NCBI GenBank assembly: GCA_018221305.1
Contig: JAAOYK010000056.1
Span: 26,863 to 90,862 of the forward strand
Source: Candidatus Pacearchaeota archaeon
GTDB taxonomy: Archaea > Nanobdellota > Nanobdellia > Pacearchaeales > GW2011-AR1
Direction of reading: 5' to 3'
DNA: 64,000 nt
Below the pieces are notes generated by a model. The model had not been told where the DNA came from. It worked only from the letters and a program-made list of their open reading frames with translations, and searched no databases. This document shows positions 28,781 through 37,972 of the stretch, piece after piece. A program made the position numbers and the translations under genes. The number at the start of each line of letters is the position of its first letter. Positions within the stretch are counted from its first letter, which is position 1.

Positions 28781-29284
28781 TTAATATCTTGGAAGGGGCC
28801 GTGATTTAAACATCTGACCAAACTTTGATTTTTGAGATTGTTGCATTTGTTGTTGCGGTTGTATTCTTTGCGGGATTTGCTGTGATTGTGCGGTAGATAA
28901 TGCTTTATTTTTAATCTTTTCTTCCATTAACATTATTCCTTTAGCAATTGTTTTATTTTGATCTAATAAACTATCTAATTTTGATAAGAAATCTTTGTCT
29001 ACTTGAGATTGTTGTTGTACTTCTTCTTTTTTGTCAGAATATTTTTCTGCGAAACTTTTAGCAGAAATTTCAAACAATTGTAGCATCTTTGTAATGTTTC
29101 CAGATAATTCATCAAATTTTATTGATAAATTTGTAAGAACTCTTTGTAAGTTTATGAAGTTGTCAATAAGTGCTCGTTGCATGTCTTCATCTTTTAATCT
29201 TTTTTTAATTGGCTCTTTTTTTACAATATTCTTTTTAGTGACGACTTTCTTTGTTTTTATTGTTTTTACCTCTTCTTGTGCCAT
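28781..29284 (-). CDS. coiled-coil hypothetical protein
   Basis: LIDNFINLQRVLTNL...QNKTIAKG; operonic with 28085-28780. Confidence 0.75.
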   Translation of the reverse strand: MAQEEVKTIKTKKVVTKKNIVKKEPIKKRLKDEDMQRALIDNFINLQRVLTNLSIKFDELSGNITKMLQLFEISAKSFAEKYSDKKEEVQQQSQVDKDFLSKLDSLLDQNKTIAKGIMLMEEKIKNKALSTAQSQQIPQRIQPQQQMQQSQKSKFGQMFKSRPLPRY

Positions 29285-29363
29285 GTGAAAATTAAGAATG
29301 TGTAATTTATAAAGATTTGGGGTTTTGGCTAATCTTTATAAAAAACTTTTAACATGTATTTTG

Positions 29364-30134
29364 ATGATATCAATAATTAAAGCTATAATTTTAAGTATTG
29401 TGCAAGGAATTACTGAATGGTTACCGATTAGTAGCTCTGGACATTTGGCACTTTTTGGACATTTTTTCAGTTTCCAGGATTTGCCTTTTGATATTTTCCT
29501 GCATTTTGCAAGCGTTTTGGCTGTGATTGTTATTTTTTGGAAAGATATAATAAAAATTTGTGATATCCGACAAAAGGGGAATGTACGGTTTATTTTGTTA
29601 ATGCTTCTTGCATTGATTCCTGCAGTGGTTGTTGGTATCTTTTTCAGTGAAGTGATTAGTGGCTTTTTTAGCAATTTGTTTTACTTAGGGCTATTTTTTA
29701 TATTAAGCGGGGTCATTGTTTATTCTACAAAATTTGTCAAACCTTCAAAAAAAAGAATTAGTTGGCTTGATTCCTTATTTATTGGAATCTTTCAGGCCTT
29801 AGCAATATTGCCAGGGATTTCTAGGTCTGGAAGTACGATTAGTGCTGGGCTTTTTCGTGGAATAAAAAAAGATGATGTGATACGGTTCTCCTTTTTAATG
29901 TCAATACCCTTAATCCTCGGCGCATCTATAATGGAAGCAAAAAGTATTGTTTTTGGAAATATTGATTATCTGATCTTAGCAGTTAGCTTTATTGTAACCT
30001 TTTTTATTAGCTTATTTGCAATAAGGATTTTGTTAAAAATAATTCGTGGCGGAAGATTTTATTTATTTGGGTTGTATAATCTGCTTCTTGGAATTTTTAT
30101 TTTAGTCTGGAAACTTCTTGTTTCATTTGTTTAG
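29364..30134 (+). CDS. uppP: undecaprenyl-diphosphate phosphatase (BacA family)
   Basis: QGITEWLPISSSGHL and PGISRSGSTI motifs. Confidence 0.95.
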   Translation: MISIIKAIILSIVQGITEWLPISSSGHLALFGHFFSFQDLPFDIFLHFASVLAVIVIFWKDIIKICDIRQKGNVRFILLMLLALIPAVVVGIFFSEVISGFFSNLFYLGLFFILSGVIVYSTKFVKPSKKRISWLDSLFIGIFQALAILPGISRSGSTISAGLFRGIKKDDVIRFSFLMSIPLILGASIMEAKSIVFGNIDYLILAVSFIVTFFISLFAIRILLKIIRGGRFYLFGLYNLLLGIFILVWKLLVSFV

Positions 30135-30149
30135 AAAATTTGATAAATA

Positions 30150-30220
30150 TGGGCACGGGGAGAATCGAACTCCCAGCTGAAGGTCTGGAGCCCTCTGTTT
30201 TACCACTAAACTACGCACCC
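30150..30220 (-). tRNA. tRNA-Trp(CCA), intronless
   Basis: GGGTGCG/CGTGCCC acceptor; GAGGG-CT-CCA-GA-CCTTC anticodon arm. Confidence 0.95.
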
Positions 30221-30279
30221 ATTTGCGTATATTATTATAGAAATATTATTTCTTTTAAAGTTATGCTTTTTTAGAATGA

Positions 30280-30954
30280 TTAAAGCTTAATTAACTGTTT
30301 TATTTCTTCCATTGATACTGAGCATCCTTTGTATTTTATCCCATAAAGCATTGCTCTATATGCTTTTGGATCTTTTAACTGAATTAAATTAAGTTTGTTG
30401 GCTATGTATATTAGTTCACTTGACCTAATTACTTTGAATCCATCAAAATAATTATAGTTTTTTTTGTTTCCTGTAACTTTTGTATGCAGTTTGTTTTCTA
30501 AAATTTGGCGGGCGCTTTCGGGATTTTCAACAAGCATTCTTGCGGTTCGTTCATCAATCGCTAAAACGCTTTCATCTTTTAATACGAACTCTAGTGCAAA
30601 AGCTGCTGCCTCTCCTTTATCTAAGATGTGGATGTTTCGCTTTTTTGCCCGAAACATTGTGTTTGAAATATTTAATATTTCATCACGTTTCTTTTTTAAT
30701 TGACTAACTTGTTCTGGGGTAAGTTCTGCATGTTTAATTATTCCGCGATTAAACAAGTCACGAAGGCGTAATGCTCCAAGTTCAAAACGTTTAATTTTTG
30801 AAGGATGGTCAATTATTTCTTCTTTGACTTCTTTTGTTATTAAAAATTCTCCTGGAAAATTTTCTTTCAATCTTTCCAGTAATGGTAAAAGCCCGTTCAT
30901 TGAAAAGTTTATTAACGGTCCTGCATCAAATATTATGTATCTTTTTTGTGTCAT
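30280..30954 (-). CDS. PIN-domain protein
   Basis: IIFDAGPLI, EVKEE, DKGEAAA, IDERTAR. Confidence 0.8.
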   Translation of the reverse strand: MTQKRYIIFDAGPLINFSMNGLLPLLERLKENFPGEFLITKEVKEEIIDHPSKIKRFELGALRLRDLFNRGIIKHAELTPEQVSQLKKKRDEILNISNTMFRAKKRNIHILDKGEAAAFALEFVLKDESVLAIDERTARMLVENPESARQILENKLHTKVTGNKKNYNYFDGFKVIRSSELIYIANKLNLIQLKDPKAYRAMLYGIKYKGCSVSMEEIKQLIKL

Positions 30955-30955
30955 T

Positions 30956-31381
30956 TTATTTAAGTTTTTTTGAATAAAACGCAATAAGTTTTTGTTTTTT
31001 GTAGCCTGTTTTTTCTACAAGTTTTTGCATTCGTTTATTTGTTATGATAACTTCAATTTCTATTTGACATTTTTGTTCTTGTTTTGCTAACTGTTCTATG
31101 TGTGCTAGCAGTTTTTGTCCAAGGCCTTGTCCTTGGTGTTGTTTTTTGACGATTAGTGAATTGATGTAAATATAATTTTTCCAAAATTGTGCTAAAAGTG
31201 CTGCAACAATTATTTTATCTTCTTCATAAACAATCATTTTGCTTACGTCTTTTTTTATGTAATCTTTTATATCTTCTATGTCGTATTCTTCTCTGTTTTC
31301 ATTGTTGCCTGCAATATTTGGGTCACTGTTAAATAATTCTAATATTTCTTGTGCGTCTTTTTTCCGTGCATCTCTTAACAT
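30956..31381 (-). CDS. GNAT family N-acetyltransferase
   Basis: LIVKKQHQGQGLGQKLL acetyl-CoA motif. Confidence 0.9.
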   Translation of the reverse strand: MLRDARKKDAQEILELFNSDPNIAGNNENREEYDIEDIKDYIKKDVSKMIVYEEDKIIVAALLAQFWKNYIYINSLIVKKQHQGQGLGQKLLAHIEQLAKQEQKCQIEIEVIITNKRMQKLVEKTGYKKQKLIAFYSKKLK

Positions 31382-31382
31382 T

Positions 31383-31946
31383 TTATTTTCTAAATATCTC
31401 CTCAACAATTTTTATGCGATCTTTTATTGACATTGTAACTGAAAGGTTTACATCTGCAACCCCTGTTTTTCCACTATATTCTGCTAATTCCCAAAGTGAT
31501 ACTCCTAGAATCTTTGCAGTCTTTTCCATAGAAATTCCATGTTCGTAAAGGCGGGAAGCTTTGTTAATTTTTGCTCGCCGGAACACATCTTCTATATATT
31601 TTTTTAATCTGCCTGACAACTTTTCTATTAATTCTCTGATAAATGATATTTCTGTTCTAAATGCTTGAATGTTATCTTTTTCTAAAGCTTCTATAGAATT
31701 GTTTAATGCTTTGATATAACTGGAATAAAAACCTTGCCAATTTTTTTCTTGTTTATAACTGTCTCTTTCTATTAGTTTGCTTAAAGAATAAATTATAACT
31801 GCAACAGAAATTATGTCTGGGTCTTGATGAATTGACGAAGAATGAAGAATCTCTTCACTTAATTGTTTTACTTTTACATAATCTTGATTTGTAAGTGCTG
31901 AATTTACCTTTTTTAACACTTTTAAAACATGTGATTTTTCTTCCAT
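31383..31946 (-). CDS. conserved hypothetical protein with C-terminal HTH
   Basis: LYEHGISMEKTAKILGVSLWEL. Confidence 0.75.
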   Translation of the reverse strand: MEEKSHVLKVLKKVNSALTNQDYVKVKQLSEEILHSSSIHQDPDIISVAVIIYSLSKLIERDSYKQEKNWQGFYSSYIKALNNSIEALEKDNIQAFRTEISFIRELIEKLSGRLKKYIEDVFRRAKINKASRLYEHGISMEKTAKILGVSLWELAEYSGKTGVADVNLSVTMSIKDRIKIVEEIFRK

Positions 31947-32105
31947 ATATTGGTTAAAGAAATATGATTATTTAAAAATATGCCTTAGGTTTATAAGGGA
32001 AATCAGGGTCTTGTACTTTTACACTAAATCTTTCCAGATGGGTGCACTTTTTCATTATTTTTGGGGTTGAGTTAATTATTTAAGCATTATCCTTTTCTAA
32101 AATAT

Positions 32106-32492
32106 ATGAAAATAATATTAGATACTAATTTTCTTATATATTGTGCTAAAGAAAAATTAGATTATTTAGAAAATTTGCAAAATTTGCTTAATGAAGATTT
32201 TGAATTAGTTGTGCCTTTGCAAGTTATTAAGGAACTAAAAATGCTGCGTGATGATAAGCTTAAAAAAGTTAAAGGGAAAGATAAAGAAGCTTGTAGCTTG
32301 GCTTTAAAGTTATTAGACGCAAATAACGTCAAATCTGTAAAAGTTAAGGGTGATACTGTCGATGAAGGGATTATTAATCTTGCTAATGAGGGTAAGGGAA
32401 ATATTGTCTGTACATTAGACCGGGGTATGCGAAAGATTTTGCCTCGTGTTATATTGCTCAATAAAAATCGTCAGTTGATTGTTGCTAGATAA
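32106..32492 (+). CDS. PIN-domain protein (Fcf1/Utp24-like)
   Basis: IILDTNFL, VIKEL, VDEGI, CTLD; conserved position upstream of rpoE1. Confidence 0.88.
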   Translation: MKIILDTNFLIYCAKEKLDYLENLQNLLNEDFELVVPLQVIKELKMLRDDKLKKVKGKDKEACSLALKLLDANNVKSVKVKGDTVDEGIINLANEGKGNIVCTLDRGMRKILPRVILLNKNRQLIVAR

Positions 32493-32548
32493 AGATATGT
32501 GACGCTTGTAGTAAGCTTTATAAAGCCAAATTTTTTATTAAAATTAAC

Positions 32549-33136
32549 ATGTTCTATATAGTTGAAGTTGAGGATTATGTAAGGGTCGAGCCAAAGTTAT
32601 TTGGTCTTAAAACTAGCGATGCAGTTGCAAAACAGTTGCAAGAGACTTATTTTGATTATCATGATAAAGAGATTGGGGAGGTAATTGGTGTTATTTCTGT
32701 CTTAGAAGTTGGCGATGGAATAATCATTCCTGGAGATGGTGCTGCGTATTATAATTCACGATTTAAATTAATTGTATGGAAACCTGAATTGCAAGAATTA
32801 GCTTTTGGAATTGTTAATGAAATCACTAATTTTGGAGCTTTTATGAATCTTGGTGTTATGAGGGGTATGATCCATATTAGTCAAACAATGGATGATTATG
32901 TTAGTTTTTCAACAACTAATACTTTACTTGGTAAGGATAGTAAAAAGGTTTTAAAGAGGGGTGACGCTTGCTTAGCTCGTGTTGTAGCATTATCTTATAA
33001 GGGTGATAACCCTAAAATCGGTCTTACTATGAGGCAACCTGGACTTGGGAAACTTGATTGGATTAAAGAAGAAAAAAAGAAGGTTTTAGCATCTATGAAG
33101 AAAGTGGCAAAACCTAAATCTGGAGATAAAAAATAA
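32549..33136 (+). CDS. rpoE1: DNA-directed RNA polymerase subunit Rpo7 (E')
   Basis: GDGIIIPGDGAAYY, S1 domain, KIGLTMRQPGLGKLDW. Confidence 0.97.
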   Translation: MFYIVEVEDYVRVEPKLFGLKTSDAVAKQLQETYFDYHDKEIGEVIGVISVLEVGDGIIIPGDGAAYYNSRFKLIVWKPELQELAFGIVNEITNFGAFMNLGVMRGMIHISQTMDDYVSFSTTNTLLGKDSKKVLKRGDACLARVVALSYKGDNPKIGLTMRQPGLGKLDWIKEEKKKVLASMKKVAKPKSGDKK

Positions 33137-33137
33137 A

Positions 33138-33323
33138 ATGGCAAAGGAAAAAGCATGTAAGGGATGTAAGTTAATTTATACTGGTGATTCTTGTCCTCAT
33201 TGCGCAAAAAAAGATATATCAGATAATTTTAAAGGTAAAGTAGAAATTGTACACCCGGAGAAATCTGTTCTTGCAAAAGAATTAAAGGTTGATAAGAAAG
33301 GGCTTTATGCAATTAAATTATAG
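33138..33323 (+). CDS. spt4: transcription elongation factor Spt4 (RpoE'')
   Basis: KACKGC...CPHC...GLYAIK; follows rpoE1. Confidence 0.93.
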   Translation: MAKEKACKGCKLIYTGDSCPHCAKKDISDNFKGKVEIVHPEKSVLAKELKVDKKGLYAIKL

Positions 33324-33338
33324 GAATTCTGTAAAAAA

Positions 33339-33758
33339 ATGAAAATTATAACTGAACAACAAAATGATCTTTTTAATCGAATTGAATTAAAAGCTGTAGT
33401 TGAAGCAAAAGTGAATCCTAGTTTCCCTGAGGTTAAAAAACTTCTATCAGAAAAGAAAGGCGTTTCAGAAGATCAGATAGATGTTGAAGGTATTAATGGT
33501 AATTTTGGAAGTCATACTTTTCAGATTTCTGCATGTATCTATGGCACAAAGGAAGATTTAGAAAAAGCAAAACAAACTACAAAAAAACAAAGGGTTGCTG
33601 CAAAAAAGACAAGTGATGAAGATTATAAGACTCAAAAGGAAGCAGAACAAAAACCTGCGGATGATGCTCCTGCTGAAGAAGCGCCTGTTGAAAAAAAGAT
33701 TGAAGAAGAAGTGAAAGATGCTCCTGTTGAAGAAAAAGCTCAAGACGCTCCTGCTTAA
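33339..33758 (+). CDS. rps24e: 30S ribosomal protein S24e with acidic C-terminal tail
   Basis: NDLFNRIEL...NPSFPEVK...GNFG; operon context. Confidence 0.85.
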   Translation: MKIITEQQNDLFNRIELKAVVEAKVNPSFPEVKKLLSEKKGVSEDQIDVEGINGNFGSHTFQISACIYGTKEDLEKAKQTTKKQRVAAKKTSDEDYKTQKEAEQKPADDAPAEEAPVEKKIEEEVKDAPVEEKAQDAPA

Positions 33759-33774
33759 GTTTCTTACAATTTAG

Positions 33775-34029
33775 TTAATTCTTATAAACAATTTTTTGTA
33801 TTAAAAATGTTGTCCACATTATACCGTTAAAACTGCAGACCAGGCCTGAATATGTAAGCCCTAATGTAAGAAACGCTATCCCTGTGGCATATAATCCAAT
33901 TGATGTTAAAACTGAGGTTTGAATCGTTATTGATATTTTTTGAGTTCTGAATCCGTGAAATACTTGTATTATTAATGCGTATGTAAATATTAGGTTTGCT
34001 ACTGTTATTACTAAATCTTGTATAACCAT
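33775..34029 (-). CDS. PQ-loop/SemiSWEET-like small membrane protein
   Basis: 3 TM helices, ALIIQV...IS pattern. Confidence 0.55.
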   Translation of the reverse strand: MVIQDLVITVANLIFTYALIIQVFHGFRTQKISITIQTSVLTSIGLYATGIAFLTLGLTYSGLVCSFNGIMWTTFLIQKIVYKN

Positions 34030-34081
34030 AGATTTTTTAGTTGTGAGAATATTTAAATACATATAGGTTCTATAAAGTAAT

Positions 34082-34342
34082 ATGGTGGGTACTAAGAAAA
34101 AGTCAATGAAGTTTAAGGTTCATAAAGGCGACTTTAAAAAAAGTGTAAAAATGACTGAAAAGGGAATTGGTCAGGAAGTTCATGAGGTCTCAAAAAATAT
34201 TAAAAAAGAGTTTAGTGGATTAAAAAAACTTACAAGAAATCGGAAAAAGATTTTTATTAGGTTGTTGTGGGCTATTGGCGTGTTTGCCATTATTTTGATT
34301 TTGATATATTTTTGGTTTAGGCTTGTTGGTTCTGGTTGGTAA
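34082..34342 (+). CDS. hypothetical protein with C-terminal TM
   Basis: Basic N-terminus plus TM helix. Confidence 0.6.
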   Translation: MVGTKKKSMKFKVHKGDFKKSVKMTEKGIGQEVHEVSKNIKKEFSGLKKLTRNRKKIFIRLLWAIGVFAIILILIYFWFRLVGSGW

Positions 34343-34401
34343 CTTTTTTAGTAAGCTTTAAAAAGCTGTAAATTTAGAATAAAATATTACTGTAATACAA
34401 A

Positions 34402-34641
34402 ATGGCTAAAAAGGAAGCAAAAGGAAAAAAACAAAAAAGGAATAAACCTACTTCAAAGAAGTATACAATGTATCGTTTTGAAGGGGATAAAGTTATTCGG
34501 GAAAGATACTGTCCTAGGTGTGGGCCTGGTATTTTTTTGATGAAAGCAAGTAATCGGCTTTATTGCGGTAAATGTCATTATACTGAATTTTTGAGTAAAG
34601 GTGACAAAAAAGAAGAAAAAAAAGAAGAAGAAAAAAAATAA
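34402..34641 (+). CDS. rps27ae: 30S ribosomal protein S27ae
   Basis: RYCPRCGPGIFL...RLYCGKCHYT. Confidence 0.97.
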   Translation: MAKKEAKGKKQKRNKPTSKKYTMYRFEGDKVIRERYCPRCGPGIFLMKASNRLYCGKCHYTEFLSKGDKKEEKKEEEKK

Positions 34642-34669
34642 AAAAGAAGAAAGAAAACTAGCTTCTTTC

Positions 34670-35143
34670 TTAAAGTTTTGTTATCCTTTGGAGTGCTACT
34701 GGGTCAACTTTGTCTAAGAACAAGTCGTAGATTCTTCCATTGCCATCTTCTCTTGCTGCTCTAATAACTGCTTCTTTTGGTGTGTTTTCAAGCAATTCTA
34801 TGTTACTGTATGGGGCAAATTCGCCTTCATATGGTTCCTCAGTAAATATCCTGTTTCCTCTTCTATTAATGTTATTGTCTGAGTCTCTTATGTCTGTAAC
34901 TTGTCTTGTATACAGTGTTTCTCCCTCATAAATTCCTACGGTTGTTGAGGGGTTATTAAATCCACCGATGTCCCTGAATCCTTCTGATGCTAGTGAAAGG
35001 GTTACTAAATCACTGTCTGGTATCTTTTTCAGTGAACTAATGGTTGTGCCCTTGTAGTTACATAATCTGTCTGACAAGTATTCTTGTAACTTTGGGAACA
35101 TTTCTATTTCTTTAAGCATTTCAGTTTGATTTTTTTGTGTCAT
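34670..35143 (-). CDS. hypothetical protein
   Basis: 157 aa, AGGAGG SD; divergent from the Lrp-like regulator. Confidence 0.7.
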   Translation of the reverse strand: MTQKNQTEMLKEIEMFPKLQEYLSDRLCNYKGTTISSLKKIPDSDLVTLSLASEGFRDIGGFNNPSTTVGIYEGETLYTRQVTDIRDSDNNINRRGNRIFTEEPYEGEFAPYSNIELLENTPKEAVIRAAREDGNGRIYDLFLDKVDPVALQRITKL

Positions 35144-35325
35144 TTTTTGTTTTTACCTCCTTACAATCAACTCTTAAATTTGACTGTCTTTAATCACTTT
35201 GTAGTGACTACATATAATATGTAAATGAACTATAATAAAGATTCTATTGATTTTTTATCCTTTTTACGATAGATTTATAAATATTACTTAATTATGATAA
35301 ATATGCGCTAAAATCTGGTTATAAC

Positions 35326-36291
35326 ATGGAAATAAAACTAACAAAGGCTGATAAAATAATTTTAAGGAATGTTGAGTATAATGCTCGAATCTTTGAAAAA
35401 GAATTGGCACGGAAATGTAATCTGTCAAAGGATAGTATCCGTTATAGGATCAATAGATTGAAAAAATTGGGGGTGATTACTGGAACTGGGGCATTTATTG
35501 ATTATACTGCCTTGGGTTATAGTTCTTATAAATTATACTTAAAATTAAGTGCAACTAATGAGCAGAAAGAAGAATTAAGAAAATATCTTGGAACTCAAAA
35601 GCAGATTTTTGCCATCTTTGAATCGAGTGGGAATTGGGATATTGCAATAGCTGTTTTTGCAAAAACAAGGGGAGAATACTATGAATTTGAGAATAATCTT
35701 TTATCAAAATTTGGAAACTTGATTTATTCAAAAGACTTTTGTTTAATGATTGATGCTGTGCTTTTGCAAAATAATTTGATTATTCATGAAAATCAAAGGG
35801 ATGAGTTTCCTGTTTGGGGTGGGAAAATTGTTGATGTTGATGCTAAGGATAAAATTTTGATGAATGAATTGCATCGGGACGGAAAACAAAATTTATTAGA
35901 TCTTGGTGGGCGTGCTAAGCTCAGTATTGATTCTGTAAGTAGACGAATAAAACGTCTTGTAAAATCTAAAGTGATTCCTTTTTTTTCTACGTCGATAAAC
36001 TATAATAAATTAGGCTTTGAGAAATATAAGTTGTTTATTTATGTTAAAAATTATTCTAATGATGTTGAAGAAAAAATACTTGATTTTTTAAGGACTAATA
36101 AACACACGTTGAATTATATTAAGATGATCGGTCCCTGGAAATTAGAGGTTGAGTTTTTGGTAAAGAATCATGATGAATTTGAAAACATTCTTTCATTGAT
36201 TCAAGAGAATTTTCCAGACATAATCCAAAAACTAGAATTTTCAATATTTAGAAATGAGGTTTGGTTTCCTTGTGAGAAGTTGCTTGTCTAG
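35326..36291 (+). CDS. tandem Lrp/AsnC-family transcriptional regulator
   Basis: Two HTH-RAM repeats (LARKCNLSKDSIRYRINRL; LSIDSVSRRIKRL). Confidence 0.88.
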   Translation: MEIKLTKADKIILRNVEYNARIFEKELARKCNLSKDSIRYRINRLKKLGVITGTGAFIDYTALGYSSYKLYLKLSATNEQKEELRKYLGTQKQIFAIFESSGNWDIAIAVFAKTRGEYYEFENNLLSKFGNLIYSKDFCLMIDAVLLQNNLIIHENQRDEFPVWGGKIVDVDAKDKILMNELHRDGKQNLLDLGGRAKLSIDSVSRRIKRLVKSKVIPFFSTSINYNKLGFEKYKLFIYVKNYSNDVEEKILDFLRTNKHTLNYIKMIGPWKLEVEFLVKNHDEFENILSLIQENFPDIIQKLEFSIFRNEVWFPCEKLLV

Positions 36292-36355
36292 TTTTGATGA
36301 GTTTATGAAATTCTGTGAAAGATAAATTTATATATTAAAAGAACTAATATTTAAC

Positions 36356-36553
36356 ATGGGTGATGGGGTAAAAAGTTTTATGAATGTCCTTTATTATGTA
36401 GGGACGATACTTTTTATAGTATATACAATATTTGTATTTCGTGAGACTTATATTTTATATGGAATGTTTAGTACAAACTTTTTAGTTAGATTGATATTGC
36501 ATTTATTCTTAATAATAATCTTAATTTATTCTATTTTTAAGAATAGAAAATAA
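36356..36553 (+). CDS. small membrane protein
   Basis: 2 TM helices; TTTATATA upstream. Confidence 0.6.
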   Translation: MGDGVKSFMNVLYYVGTILFIVYTIFVFRETYILYGMFSTNFLVRLILHLFLIIILIYSIFKNRK

Positions 36554-36648
36554 AAAAAGAGTAAATTTTTTAGTAGTGCCTTATTTTAGAAAGGATTGCT
36601 TTATTTTAATATACTCTTTTTTTCTTATAAGAAGTATGACTTAATAAT

Positions 36649-36745
36649 CTGCGAGTTTCTCAACCCGGGAGATGAAACCCTAGAGGAGCCGGTGTCATGT
36701 CATAAATGAAATGTCCTGACTCTTCTGGGGAAAAAGAGGTGATAA
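36649..36745. ncRNA. candidate structured RNA
   Basis: GC-richer intergenic stretch with long hairpin (36678-36730) and minus-strand BRE-TATA at 36780-36765. Confidence 0.4.
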
Positions 36746-36887
36746 AATATATAATTAAAACTAATATATAAAGCTTTCGGTTTGTTGTAACTGTTGAATG
36801 ACAGCACATATATGGTGTATTTTAGTATACTATTTATGGTCTATTTATGATAAAAGACTTTAAAAACATGTGGGATTTTTCTAATGA

Positions 36888-37934
36888 ATGGATTTTGATG
36901 CACAAATAAAAGAGATGACTCAAGATAATAGTGTCGAGGAAGTTCTTACAGATAAAGAATTAGTCGAAAAAGTTGGACAAAATCAAATCTATGATATTAT
37001 TCTTAGTAGAAAGCCTGATTGGCAGTCAATAATTTATGATTTAATACATACTGAGCAGCTTGATCCTTGGGATGTTGATTTGGTTATTCTTACTAATAAA
37101 TATTTTGAAAGGCTTCATGAAATCGAAGAGGCAGACTTTTATGTTTCAAGCAAGGTTTTGTTTGCAGCAGCATTATTGCTTAGAATAAAATCTGAATTCT
37201 TGTTAAATAAGCATCTTAAAAGTATTGATGCCATACTTTTTGGTAAGCCTGCAGAAGAGAAATATGTTGTAGAACGTATTGAAATTGATGAAAATGAGTT
37301 ACCAATTCTTATTCCTAAAACCCCTTTGCCAAGATCGCGAAGAGTTACACTCCCTGAGCTGTTAACTGCACTTGGAAAGGCGATAAATACTGAATCTAGA
37401 AGAATTAAAAGAGAAGTCGCAGTAAAACGGGCAGAAAAATTATCTGAAGTTGATTTCCCAAAATTTAGAAAAATTGATTTAAAAGATCGAATAAAGCAAT
37501 TTTATGCAAAAGTTTTAACCTCTATTAGAAAGAAAGGTACGAACCCTGAAAAACATTTGAACAAAATAGGTTTTACAGAACTTTCTGGAAATGAGCGAGA
37601 TGAAAAACTTGCATGTTTTTTGCCGGTTCTTCATCTTAGTAATAACCAGCGATTATGGTTAGAACAAGATGGGCATTTAGAAGAAATTTGGGTATATCTT
37701 TATCAATATTTTAAAAAGAATAAGGATCAGTTTATTGAAGAATTAGAAGAAGATATTGAATCTATGAAACAGGAATTAGGGCAAGCTACTGGTAAGGAGA
37801 TAACAAAAAATGAAGAAGAAAGTATGGCAAAAGAAATTGCTAGTGAGTTAATTGAAGATTTGGATAAAGAAATTAAAGATGTTGAAAAGGAAGAAAAGAT
37901 TGATGAGCTTACTGGTTTTAGTAATGAGCAATAA
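36888..37934 (+). CDS. scpA: segregation and condensation protein A (kleisin)
   Basis: LDPWDVDL, AAALLLRIKSE, RRVTLPELL, FLPVLHL. Confidence 0.9.
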   Translation: MDFDAQIKEMTQDNSVEEVLTDKELVEKVGQNQIYDIILSRKPDWQSIIYDLIHTEQLDPWDVDLVILTNKYFERLHEIEEADFYVSSKVLFAAALLLRIKSEFLLNKHLKSIDAILFGKPAEEKYVVERIEIDENELPILIPKTPLPRSRRVTLPELLTALGKAINTESRRIKREVAVKRAEKLSEVDFPKFRKIDLKDRIKQFYAKVLTSIRKKGTNPEKHLNKIGFTELSGNERDEKLACFLPVLHLSNNQRLWLEQDGHLEEIWVYLYQYFKKNKDQFIEELEEDIESMKQELGQATGKEITKNEEESMAKEIASELIEDLDKEIKDVEKEEKIDELTGFSNEQ

Positions 37935-37972
37935 TTCTAAATATTTATATAATCATTTTTATTAACAATTTC

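Noticed and set aside
36649-36735. Hammerhead ribozyme (CTGCGAG-stem-GAAAC-stem)
   Set aside because: The core lacks the CUGANGA spacing, and there is no U16.1/NUH cleavage triplet or stem I.
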